Origin: Klebsormidium nitens
Taxonomy: Eukaryota > Plantae > Klebsormidiophyceae
Direction of reading: 5' to 3'
Assembly (NCBI GenBank): GCA_000708835.1
Contig: DF237363.1
Location: 1 to 64,000 of the forward strand
DNA: 64,000 bases
The translations under genes and the position numbers were made by a program. Each line of letters starts with the position of its first letter. The first letter of the stretch is position 1. Of this stretch, positions 10,561 to 21,949 are shown in pieces. The notes below the pieces were generated by a model. It was not told where the DNA came from. It made no database searches and saw only the letters and a list, made by a program, of their open reading frames with translations.

Positions 10561-13500
10561 AGCAAAAGGGTCCTTGAGTCTGCAACCGTACAGTTTCTCA
10601 GAGCTCTCGTGCATATGTTTAGAGGTATGAGAAGGCAAGCGTCTATGCCCACACGAGTCAACCAGGACTTCACCCGTTTTCGTTTCTAATCCCAGCTCTT
10701 CATGCTTTTCTTTTTCAGTTCCACACGGCTTCCTCTGCGGAGAATGCAGCAACCCCGCGACCTTTGCAATACGCGGGAGCAGGGCAGGGAGCAACCTCCA
10801 GTACTTCTGTGGTGTGCATCGCGAGGTCACGGGCTGCTTCAAATTCGAGAAAACCCGGGCAGGTGCGCCTTGTGCAACTGCCGGAGTGCAGGCGTGTGAC
10901 GGCGCTCAGAGACGATTGTATTGATCACTCGACCAGGAGCTGCACCAGCCCCAAGCATGCAAGTATGCAGAGTCTGTAGACATGTTGGCGGGAATTAGCC
11001 GGCCAATGTGTCCCGCAAGTGAGCACTCATAATAAAGACCTTCGCGTCTTGTTTCCCAGAATGGGCACGTGACCGTGTAGTGTACGGATTGAAGGCAGAG
11101 CTGGCGCGAGCGCTTGACGAGGAGTCGCTTCTGAGAGGCATTCGGGGTGAGGGTTTGTTTGAGGCAAAAAATGTGCTCTGACTTTTGGTTTCATTGGACA
11201 GCACAAGATACCCTACTTTGCCAAGGCTATCGTCAAGTTGCACTTGACCTCTATTAATGCAGCTGTTTCAATCTTGTCGATCACGAACTTCTGTCAACCT
11301 TTCGAGCTGTTTGCTCACACCTCAGTTCGATGGGACCTTTCTACTCGCATGCAGAACATGATCGCTTTTCCTCCACAGGTTGGGACAAATGGCAGGAAAG
11401 TGGATACTGGGGAGATGCAACACCAAAAAGCAGAATCCTGATAGGTAAGTCGGTCGGATTATCAGGTTTTGGGTGATAAGACTCGGCTCACATCTGGTTC
11501 TCAAATCATAGATGTTGCGCTCAGCATCTTTTGAAACTTGGATGTCGGACGGTGGTTCTGAGAAGGCCTCAACTTGTGCGCAAGATGGGGTTCGAAGCTC
11601 AAAAACGGCAGCTTGAGCCCTGACCCTTCAAAACTTCGGGCCTATATCGGCGCCTGCTCTCGATTTGTTGACTCTATTCAATTACTGCGGTCGTGAATGA
11701 AGGTCTGCCTATTTGCGTCAATAGCTAATGCTGTCCGGCCGACCATTTGCAGTAAAGCTCCTGATCATGGGCGGAATCGAGAGCAACCCGGGATGGTCAC
11801 CGTCAAATGAAGCTTGCCCGGAAGGAGAGCGTCCTTCAGCATCAGGAGGAGACGCACCAGCATCTGACGGCGGCGGCGCTGCAGTACCGCATCCTCTTCA
11901 TGTGAGCAACCTTTGATGTGTTTTAGTCAACTGCGAGGGGTGGCATTGCTGCGTCGGAACTAGTTGATCAGGCCCTGCAGGCGTTTGTCACGGAAATCAA
12001 GGAGACTCATGGGCTCCGAACACTTTTGGGGGCTTTGGGTATCGACTTTGCAGTCGGACCAATCCAAAATGTTATCAAAACCAATGCATTGATTGCTCCC
12101 AGCCACGTGGACTGATTGCCAACGACGCTGTGTGCTGTTTCAAGTTAGCGCGCAGAGTGATCATCTTGCGTTGGCTTGAAAATCAACCCGGCAAGTCGCA
12201 CCTTCTCACTCTTGACCGTGTAGAACAAGAGGTGCAGATTACAGGGTGAGTCAATCTGCACTAGCGTGAAGAATCGACTGTATAGAACCCGAGGTGCAAA
12301 TTGACAGCCTCTGTCCAAGGGCTTTCTGGGCACTGAGAAGACAACAGGAAAGGGGTTGAGTCAATCTGCACTGGCGTCAAGAATCGACTGTGTGGAACCT
12401 CAGGTGCAGATTGACAGCTCACGCACCTCGCGCTGCCCCCTACGACCTTGAGGTTTAATGCGAGCAGATTGACTGGCCCCGAGCGCGCCATCGTACCTCA
12501 CTCAACCCACCCCCTGCATGATTGCTCTCTTCAAAGCGTACGTATGTTATCAGGCCGCTTCAGATCATTCAACAAAAGCTTGCAAGGCAGGGGCCGCCAC
12601 ACCATCAAAGCTCCAGAAGGTAACTTTCTATCTCTGCTTGCAGGCCGCGACCATTGCCCCTGAAGCCCTGACCGCACTTGCGGAGGTGCGGATGGATTTG
12701 CCTGCATCCTGTGCGAGCACAAAGAGGCCGCTGGAGCAGGCAAGAGCCCTCTGCTCTCCCTCCTCTTCTTCAGCACTTTCCTTCACGAGTTGGATAGTTA
12801 TTCACGCTGCGCTTCATGACCAGAAGGAGCGCTCGGGTTGACCAGAGACTTCTTTCTTCTGCTTGTTCCAAGCCGAGGCGGCGGCCGCAAGCAGCGAAGA
12901 TTGCCAGGGTCCGGCAAAACCTCTTTCGCAACAACCAGGCGTCGACTGTTTTTGCCGTCTTACTAGCTTTTGGCCGTTGCTTCAAAAGGCTGGTCAGCTG
13001 GGCCTGAAATGATCATCCACTTTCCTGATCAAGTGACATGGTGCGCAGGTGCTTCCACAAGCAGGACCGTCGGGGGGGAGGAGGAGGAGACTCTTCAAGG
13101 TCTCGGAACTCGCGAGCAGAGCCCAAGTGGACCATGCTGCAGACAACGTGGACGAACCAGCTCCTGATGTCCGTGCACGGTAAGCTTCCCCCACCGTGCC
13201 ACACGCATTGCATAAGAGCTCGCGCATTTTCCCCCGTAAATTGCTTCTAATAGAAACTGTGCGCGTTCATGTCAATAGCAGTTGCTACTCAGTGCTTGCG
13301 TTGCTCAATAGAACGACTCAAGAATCCAGGAGCATAAGCCAACTCTGTTCCTGTTCTCCTTCTCCCCAACATCCAGGGAAGGAGGAGAGCTGGAGGAAGA
13401 CCTCGGTCAAAGGTCCGAGCGGGGTGCGGGGAGCCGGCGTGATGGGCGCAAGGCCAGGAAGGACCGAGTGGTTGCCGCGTTCTTTGCGCACTGCGAGCAG

Positions 13501-15517
13501 CGGAGAGCTGCATGGGCTGCCCACGAAGAAGAGGAGATGTGTGGCCCACCCTCTTCAACAACGCAACACGATTCTGCTATTAATCTGGCACATCTTTTGA
13601 GAGCAACAAACCAATTTCTTTTCCGTTTTTGACTCGGACGTGCATGCTTCTACATTGGGGTCTTTAGCCGTGTCGTTCGTCTCTGCACATGCTTTTACAA
13701 GATTGTGAGGCCAGGGGTCAACCGACAGCTTCTTGCCACTGCAGCGAGGATGGCGAGGCCCAAGAACGTGAGTCCCGTCCCGGAGCTGCACATCCCAATA
13801 CTTCCCTCGAAGACGTAAGGATGCCTCCGCCCATCCCAAACCTTGCCTTCCGTCACTGAAACAATAGCAGGTCTGGAACGTACAACGTTCTGGTGAAGCT
13901 AATTCGAAGTGGATGAGCACTTTAAGAGTGAGCTGCAACACAGATGTTCTATTGTGCTTTCGGCTTGACATTGCTTACAAGCTGACCTCTACCCGCTTGA
14001 CTATCTTGCGGGATCCTGACAGATTTTAACATTTGCTTGCTGCTGGTGACCAGGTGCCTCTTGGAGGAGAACCCCGGGCGCAAGCGGATGTCCCGCTGCA
14101 TGACGTGCACCGGACAAGGGCTGCTATGGAGTTGACGGCGGTCGCATCTGCTGGAGACATTGGGTTAACGGTGAGTTTACCTGAATCTGCCGGAGAATCA
14201 TTGTGCGCACATGTTGCCAAGCTCGCCAGAAAAGTACCACTCGCATGCCCCTCATGTCTATTGCTTCATGGGCTGGTTCTTGGCATCGTGTTTTACAAAC
14301 CACGTTGGCCAGCTCAAGTGGATTACAATCTGCTTTCACTTTCCTGAGATCCAGCTTATTACACAAACCAGCGGCGGTTTACTGCGACGATTGCGGATGC
14401 TCTCCTTTTACCAATTTTACCCGTTTGCCAACCCGGTCGCCTTTGGGTACAGAACGAGGGCGGCGAAGCAAGGGCGTCGACGTCTGCGGCGCCAAAGACT
14501 GGTCGGCCGGTTCAGAAGAAGCGACGGTGAGCTCGTTGGCCCAGTGTCGCTTGTCTCCATTCTTTCGTGTGCAAAAGTGACTCTTCTGCCATCAGGTGGT
14601 GCTTCCTGAATATTGCACATAGCGAGGGCACTCTTTTAGATCATGGCGGGATTCATCAGACTGCGCTAGATCATCTGATGCTTTTCCCAGCAGCAATCCA
14701 ACCAGTTCTGTCCAGTGCTGCGAGAACTTCCGTGCTGACCTGAATTCATTTACTCTGCAGCAAATGCGCGAAATCGAATCCGGTCCTCAGGGACGAGGCG
14801 GCTCGAGAGGCCGGTCGAGCGGCTGCGGCAGCTCATCTCCAAGCTGTGGGGGCATTGAGGCCCTCGAGAACGCAGTGCAAGGGGCAAATCGTTCATTAAA
14901 CGGAGCTGGGTGATTTTCAAGGCGCGACTCATGCACGGTCCCCCCTCGTAAGTTGCCATGCCTTCTTCCTGCAGAGGTTGGAGTAGACTTATGTGTCCGT
15001 ATCTGATTGCCGCTATTGACCTCGCTTGATTTTTTGTGCAAGTTCAATTCAGACTTTTAAGCTCCACCAGATCTAGGCTGTTTTTGAGGGCGCGATTAGG
15101 TTGTTTTTTGGTTCTGCTCTGGGCACCCGTTTTGGGGCCGTGGTCAAGCTGATCAGGGGTTGCAGGCAGGCTTTTCTTGGGGAGGGGGGCGTGATTAGGT
15201 TGGCTTCAGGTCTGCTGCACATGGGCCTGGTTTCTGGGGCCGCCGCTCACGTTGGGTTCGGAGGCCACGGTCAGGCTGGTTCCGGGTTTGTTGGTTTGCT
15301 CTGGGGCTGGTTTGGGGCTGATTTGGGGCTGTTCTCAAGCTGATTTGGAGACGCAGTCAGGCTTGTCTTGGGTAGGCAAGCAGCCCGGTGTAGCTAGAGC
15401 GCTTTCTTCTGAAATTGAGTTGCTGTCAAAGATGCGGCCCGGCTGGCAACAGGGGCGTTGTAGGGTGCAAGCCTCAAGCCTCTTTGACCCTTTCTAATGA
15501 TTGGTTCTTTGGCGCAG

Positions 15518-17331
15518 GCGCTGGTGACGGACGCTCCCATCTCAAACGTCGGGACCCTGGTCGACCGTCTGAAGGCCAAGCGGGACGCTGAAGAGGCAGC
15601 CGCGCGAGAGGAGCGGCTCAAACGGTATGGGCGCACGCAACCCCTAGGGGTTCCACGTAGGACGGGAGATGCCTCGGCCCACACCATGGACCAGGACTCG
15701 AGCCCCTCTTCCCCTCTGCGCTCTTCCGTCCTCCCTTCCCAGGGTGAAGACCCCGCCCCGAGCGCAGCGCAGCCCCCCACAGCAGCCCCCTCTCCACAGG
15801 TCGTGGAAGACGAACGGGCCCCGCCGTCGCCGCCGGCCGACCAGCCGCCTGTGGATGTGGATGCGGGTTTGCCTCCCTCCCTCTCGGAAACCCATGATGC
15901 GCCCCCCTTCCCCGCTGGGCGCCCACCCTCTCCGCCCCCCGCTGACCAGCCCCAGGAGCCCCTCGTCATAGCCCCGCTCCCGGAAGAAAACCCACTGCCC
16001 GAGGTCCCCGGTCAGCTCCCTTCAGTCACCCCTTCCCCTTCCCACGCCCACCAGGAGCAAGCGCTTGCGTCCGTCGACCAGGGGCTTGCGCCTGACCTGC
16101 CAAATCAGCCCTCGGCAACGGAGGCAAGACGACCCACTGCAGCCGAGCCGTCCGTAGAGCCGTCGTCTGCGCTTCCGCCCACCGAGCCACTCACGCAGCT
16201 GCCTGGGGATCCCCCTCAGGCTGCGTCGGTCGAGGACAGCGGGCCCGGCTGGTTGAAGAAGCTTGAGTTGGCGCTCCGGCAGCAGCGAGCGAAGGGCCAT
16301 GCGATCGTTGTGGCTCAGGACATAAACGAGGAAGGGGCAAAGCGCTGGGGCAGTTTCAAGGACGTCGCAGCCCTGGCAGCGTTTCGGGGGCCGCTCGCGC
16401 GACCCGCTCACCTGTATGAAGTCATTCAGGACGACGCCCGCTGGCGCGTCTACTTTGACCTGGACTTCTCGATCGCCACCGAGGATTTCAACGACTTTGA
16501 GCGGCGCCTGGCAGCATTCCACCTCGTCAGAGACCGGTTCCTGACCTCGGTGCTCAACGTTCCCAGGGGTGCGCTTCGTTTTCAAGCGTGCAAGGCGCAC
16601 GGGCCGGCGCGGCCCCCGAAGCAGGGTTTTAAGTTCAGCGTGCACGAGGTTCTGGAGGGGTTTTATCTGAGGGGATCGGACGCCAGGAGGGCGTTCGGGA
16701 AGGCCTTTGGGTCCTTCTTGGAGGATCCCCCAGACGATCTGAAAGCGAGTGTCGAGCTCATGCGGAAAGTGGGCGGGTCCGACTATATCTGGGACGGATC
16801 GGTCTATGGGCGGCGCCGTTGCTTCCGGTTGCTAAGGTCGTCTAAGTTTGGGGACAATTTCCGTCCCCTCGTCCCATTGGAGGGCAGCTCCGAGGCGATT
16901 GCGGACCACCTGGTCTGCTTGTACTCGGAAGCGGAAGTGGCTGGTTCCACCGAGGTCAGCGCCGCCCTCCTCGGGGAGTGGGCGATCGCGAGGCCTGCCC
17001 CCCTGGCCCCGCCCCGCGTGGGGCCCTTCCGACAGAGGGCGCTCACCCTCGAAGAGGCGAGCACCTCACAGGGCCCCGGCGCCGAGGACCTTTCGGAGCA
17101 GGAGCGGGCCATTCTCCTCGCCCGCTACCAGGAGGACCACGCAGGGGCCGAAATCAGCCGGGTGGTCCAGGAGCGGCCGGTGGTGTTCTTCGTTCTCTTC
17201 CAAGCGCCGGAGCCCACGTGCTGCATTGCGGGAAGGCGTCACACATCCTTGGGCAACCAGAATCCGTACCTCATCTACAGAAGGAACGAGCCGCGCATCG
17301 CACGCTATCAGTGCTTTGCAAACAGCTGCAG
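15518..17331 (+). CDS. Exon encoding a Pro-rich linker, a PrimPol (CCDC111/NCLDV-herpes clade) AEP primase and a Zn ribbon
   Basis: LYEVIQDDARWRVYFDLD (motif I DxD), KFSVH (motif II SxH), WDGSVYGRRRCFRLLRSSK (motif III), then CCIAGRRHTS...YQCFANSC (UL52/PrimPol-type Zn finger). Ends at ag|gtgagt, in phase with tttgcag|g at 18348. Confidence 0.85.
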
Positions 17332-17499
17332 GTGAGTCCTCTGGCAGTAAGCTGCAGGTGAATTTCTGGCGGTGAGCAGAGACTTAGAAGCGCTTCCCAA
17401 ATGCCGTCAATTTGCGCAACCGGTTTTCAGAGAAACAGACATCAAGAAGGTGCAGATTGTCGAGTCCGGAGTCTGTACGGCAACCTGTCAGTTTCAAGT

Positions 17500-18270
17500 G
17501 CGATCGAGCTAACAAAGCCCCTTTCTGGGCTGGTTTTAGGGCGCGCTCTGATTTGTTTGCAAGGTGCGGTCAGGTCGACCAGACGTTTTGCTATCGTTTG
17601 GGTTGGGTCAATTCTGTTTTCGGGGTCTGTGCAAGCAGTCAGACTGGTTCTTGGTGCAAAGTCAAACGCTGTTCTTTCATTTCTTTGGGGCCAGTCTCAG
17701 GGCTGCGGTCCATCTGTTTGGTGTGCAATCAGGTTGACTCGTACGGCCAGAAGTCAAGCTGCTTTAGAGCCTGATGTGAGTTTTGCCGTGGGTGTGTCGG
17801 GGGGCCTGCTTTTGGGGTTGTTTCAGGGGCAGCAGCCGATCAGCTTTGGGTGTTCTTAACAACGCTGTATTTGGGCGCGAGATTAGATTGACGTTAGGAT
17901 CTGTCTTCAGGGCAACTTTCATTGTTCGGTTGTGTTTTAGGGTTGATTTGCTTCAGAAGTTAGGCCGGTTCAGGGGCTCCTGCACCTGGGCCTCTTGTGG
18001 GCCTCCTTTTGGGTTTGGATCAGGGGTTCAGGGGCCAGAAAGAGTTGGGACGCACCTCATCTGCCTTGCTCGGAATCGGGCTGATTTCGTGTGAGTGAGT
18101 AGGGCTGACCAGTCCGATGCTTGGTGCGAGCCTGATGTACTTCCTAGACCACGGTCACAGCGTCGGTTTACATGAGGCTTGGTCGAGGAGATTTTGGGGG
18201 CACATCAGGCTGGATCTGGGCCTTAACAGATTGAGCGGCCGGAAAGTACTTCAGCGTGGGCCTAAGGGGG
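17500..18270 (+). repeat. G/T-rich low-complexity intronic repeats (similar tracts at ~15070-15480 and ~19240-19540)
   Basis: Recurring tttggg / ggctgattt / atcagg motifs filling introns of the replicase gene. Confidence 0.55.
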
Positions 18271-18347
18271 TGTTCAAGCTGAGCCGCCCGAGTCTTCTCG
18301 GAAAATTCTACACGTTCTCAAGCGCACCTTACGCTTCCTTTTTGCAG

Positions 18348-20224
18348 GGGCGAGTGCCGGATGCTGCCCCTGGACATGCTCACCACGTTCGGCTGGACGG
18401 AAGACTACGAGGAGAATCTGGGAATGCGACCCTACCCCGTCTTTGAGATCGAGCACGTCCGCAAGCGGACCATGCTGATTTCCGCCAAGAAGGGGGTGGG
18501 AAAATCAAAAGCGTTCATGGATTGGGCAGTGGCCATGGTCGGGAAGAATCCCGGCCTTTCTTTCCTCCTCATCGGAGCTAACATCTCTCTTTCCCGAAAG
18601 TATCACCAGGACTTAGTCGACGCGGGCGTGAAGGACGTCGTGCTCTACCAGGAGGCGCCTCCGGGGCCTATCAACGGTCCCCGTGTCGTCTGCTGCATCA
18701 ACTCTATCCACCGCGTGCAATTCAAGATGGACGTCGTGGGGATGGACGAGATGGACATGGTGCTCACGAACCTCAACTCCGAGGTCATGACCCAACGGGG
18801 CAGGGTGCTGTCCTGCCTCGAGGCGTTCGTGGCGGGCGCGAAGGTTGTCATTGGCATGGACGCCAACATCGATTGCGCGCGGGTCATGGAATACCTCTTC
18901 ATGGCACGCCCGGATGCGGCTCTCCACACCATTCGAAATAGAGGCTTGTATCCAGCGGCGAGGCGTGCGACCATCCGGGTCTTCTCGCAAGCGAGCGAGT
19001 CGCTCGAATGTATCGGCACCGCCGTGCAGGATGTGTTGGACCGTGTCGCCCGAGGCACGAAAGTTGTTGTGAGTTGTCTCTGAGTTTTTTGGGAACTAAT
19101 CAGCCGCTCTCGCTGTTAACAGCGGAACGAGCTGGCCTATGATCTCGAAAGGGCATATCTTCGTGCTGCTCCCAAGTTTGTTGCACGAGGTTGAGTAGGC
19201 ATTCAAGCTGCTTGGAGTGTGGTCACGCTGAAATGGGCTTGTGGGTCTGTACTTGGGGCTGTGGTCAGACTGATTTGCGGCTGCAATCAGCCTTGATTTT
19301 CACCATTGTGGTAGGCCTGGGTTTGGAGGCTGGGTTTCGAGCTGCAATCAGGCTATTCGGGGATGCATATGCGATCGATTGGGCCCACGAACAGGCTCTT
19401 TCCAGGCTGCTGTTGAAGAGTTGTGGGCCCAACTTCTTTGAGCTGCCTCCAAAGGCTGTGGTCAAGACCATTCTCAGATTGCGGCCGGACTATTGGGGTC
19501 CGCTTATTCGGGGCTTGGTTTGCGATGAGTCTTTGTTAGACAAATGCACATCCCCTTTTTGTCCAAGCCAACAACTTGCTCCGCCCTCCTTATGCAGTGC
19601 CCTTCGACCTCCAAGCGCTTCGTGAAACACCTTGAACATCATTTCAACGTCGAGTTCCCGCCCGCCGAGCCCCAAAAGCGCGGCATCTTTCTTCATGCCG
19701 ACAAGAGGTCGAAGGCCGATGAGGACTTCTTCCAGAAGGCAATGGCCGAGCCAGACACCTTCTTGGAGGCGGACTGCGTGGCCTTCTCTCCAAAACTCGG
19801 CCCCGGCGTTTCAAAAGAGAAGCCGTACGCCGAGGAGACGGTCGCTTTCGCTCTTAACAGCCTCAACGGGCCTGATGTTGAGACGCTTCTCCAGCAGCAC
19901 GCTCGCTTCCGGACGGTCACCAACTCCACCATCGACTACAAGCAGGTGGTCTCGTCAGCAGTGGATCTGCCGCGCTCTACCGAGGCGGTCTTCCAGGCGA
20001 TCGAGCGGGACGACAGACAGATTGTCAAGATGCTCGGCGACGCCTCAGGCTTCCATTTCCTGAGGGGCTCGCGTGGCATCTGTGACCGATCCTCAGCGAG
20101 CTGCGTCTTGTACGCAAACAACATCCTCGCAAAGGTGGAAAGCTATCTGGAGTTCGTGCCGAAGCTGAAGGCCGACCTAGAGAAGCAGGGCTACGAGGTG
20201 ACGGTTGAGCACATCGAACCAAGG
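18348..20224 (+). CDS. Exons encoding a UL9/origin-binding-protein-like SF2 helicase
   Basis: Walker A ISAKKGVGKS, Ia GANISLS, CCINSIHRV, Walker B GMDEMD, motif III GMDANID, spliced KVV|CPSTSK, motif V FSPKLGPGVS, motif VI QQHARFR. Splice 19068->19598 is in frame. Confidence 0.82.
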
Positions 20225-21949
20225 GTGAGATTGCCGAACGTTCGAAGCAGCTTCAGCTTCCTTGTGTTGCAAACTCATTCGGTTTTGAAGTGCTTAGTCG
20301 AGATCAAGAGGTTGAGTCGATTCGCACTAGGGCGACTGTATAGAACCGGAGATGCAATTGACAGCCTCTGTCCAAGGGCTTTCTGGGCACCGGAACGACA
20401 AGAGGAAAGGGGTCGAGTCAATTTGCACTGGCGTCAAGAATTGACTAGGCTGCTTCAGTTCATTGGAAAAAAGCTTGCAAGGCAGGGGCCACCGGATAAT
20501 CAAAGCTTCCAGAAGGTGACTGGACGTTTCAGACATGTTATTTTGTTATGTGATCCATTGTCATATACCTTTCAGAGATCAAGATTTCAAGACAAGTTAT
20601 GGCTCGATTTGAGAGTAAGGAGACATGCATACCAATCCTTTGAGGCTATATCGCGTTTGCGTCTGCAAGAGAATCAAACTCTCACCCTTTTACTTTCCAG
20701 GGCAACCTTGGGCGTCCACCTCCAGAGGTGCCTCTCGGCTTTGATCCGGACCCAGAGCTTCTGAATGACGAAGACTGGCGCGCCAGATACATCATCAACG
20801 TGGACCAGTACGAGCGTTTGTGCGAGAGGCCGGAGGAGTTGAGTCAGAGGGAGCAGCTCCAGGAGTATCTGCTCGAGATGGTTACAAATGAGTACAAGGT
20901 CGACCCTAGGCGGGTTGATCACAGCTTCTACCTTCGCTCCTGCGCTGATACGGACGAAGCAGAGAAGACGAAAGAGGCTCACGCAAACTACCTTAGGTGA
21001 GCTTCTCAAGCGGCCGCGCGTTGCCGCTCGAGCAAATGTCAAAACTCTTCTGCACCCTTCACTTCGGCTAAATGTGGACGTTTGGGTTTGAAGAGTGTAG
21101 CACATGTCTGAAGCCAGAGCGTCTTTCTGTGCCCTCACTGCAATGAGTCGAATCTTTCTATTTGCTGCCCCCTAACGATGATTGCGCTATGCAGATTTCG
21201 TGAGCACCGCTTCGCCACCCTCGCCGGCGATCTGGACAGAGCGCTGGGCCAAGTCAACGAGTTCGGCGTGGTCCAGGAGTACGTCAAGGTCGTCCGCGAC
21301 CCCCTCAACCGCGTGCCGTTTGCGGCCCGCATCCTTGCCTTCCTAGTCGGTTGCGAAGAGGAGCAGCTAGACCATGGAGCGGAGCTGTGGGAGGTCTCGG
21401 AGGAAAGCGTGCAGGCCGCCTATGCGAGGTTCATCGGATTCAGCAAAGAGCAGCTGAAGACCATCTTCAACCTGTACGGCTTTGTGCAGCAGATCTCCAG
21501 GCGCTCCTCAAAAACGGCCGAAACAGGGAACAATGAGAGAAAGGCTCAAAAGCGTAATGCAGTGGGGAAAGTTCTTAGAGCGGGCCTCGGAGTTGAGCTC
21601 CAGCTGGCAAAAAAGAGCAACAACAAATTCATCTCTCCCCACCTCTTGACGCCTGCAATCTATAGGGGCTTGCATGAGCGATACGGTTCATACGATCCAG
21701 GAGTAGGGGCTGCAGAGGAGTGCATAATTAGGTTGTAAAGGTGGTGATTTTTGGAGAGAAGCTGCATAGATCCAGACACTTTCATTATGTATTTTAGGAG
21801 TGTACATATGATTCAATTGTCAGTCTCTTGTAGACCTTGGTAGTGTCTGGATTACGCACCGGTTGCTTTTTTTTCCATCTAACCGCGTTGCTTGCCGTGT
21901 CCGCAAATAGTTCTTTGCCTCTTTAAAGCATGCCCTCTTTGTGGCATGT

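Larger units (their letters stand above)
8043..21738 (+). pseudogene. Giant ~21-exon primase-helicase gene (Zn finger, 2A-like motif, Pro-rich linker, PrimPol/AEP, Zn ribbon, UL9-like SF2 helicase), ~2,000 codons, one premature TAG at 12795-12797
   Basis: Hand-built exons with phase-compatible GT-AG junctions: 8043-8132, 8430-8513, 9402-9888, 10719-10862, 11060-11146, 11379-11444, 11753-11901, 11981-12106, 12644-12685, 12774-12992, 13049-13179, 13377-13540, 13745-13767, 14054-14170, 14453-14526, 14761-14845, 15518-17331, 18348-19068, 19598-20224, 20701-20996, 21195-21738. Donors after 12106, 13540 and 14845 are weak and the start codon is uncertain, so this could be two genes. Confidence 0.6.

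Noticed and set aside
14054-14140. Second 2A-like string CLLEENPGR
   Set aside because: It lies in a frame that stops after ~27 codons and is out of phase with the consistent exon chain; it also lacks the final Pro.
15394-17375. Many overlapping antisense and alternate-frame ORFs over GC-rich exons (also 30260-33850 and 57000-63500)
   Set aside because: Shadow ORFs expected from high GC and codon bias of the real coding strand.
19123-19189. Possible extra exon (RNELAYDLERAYL...)
   Set aside because: Direct splicing 19068->19598 restores the KVVCPSTSK helicase motif, and including this exon breaks phase.
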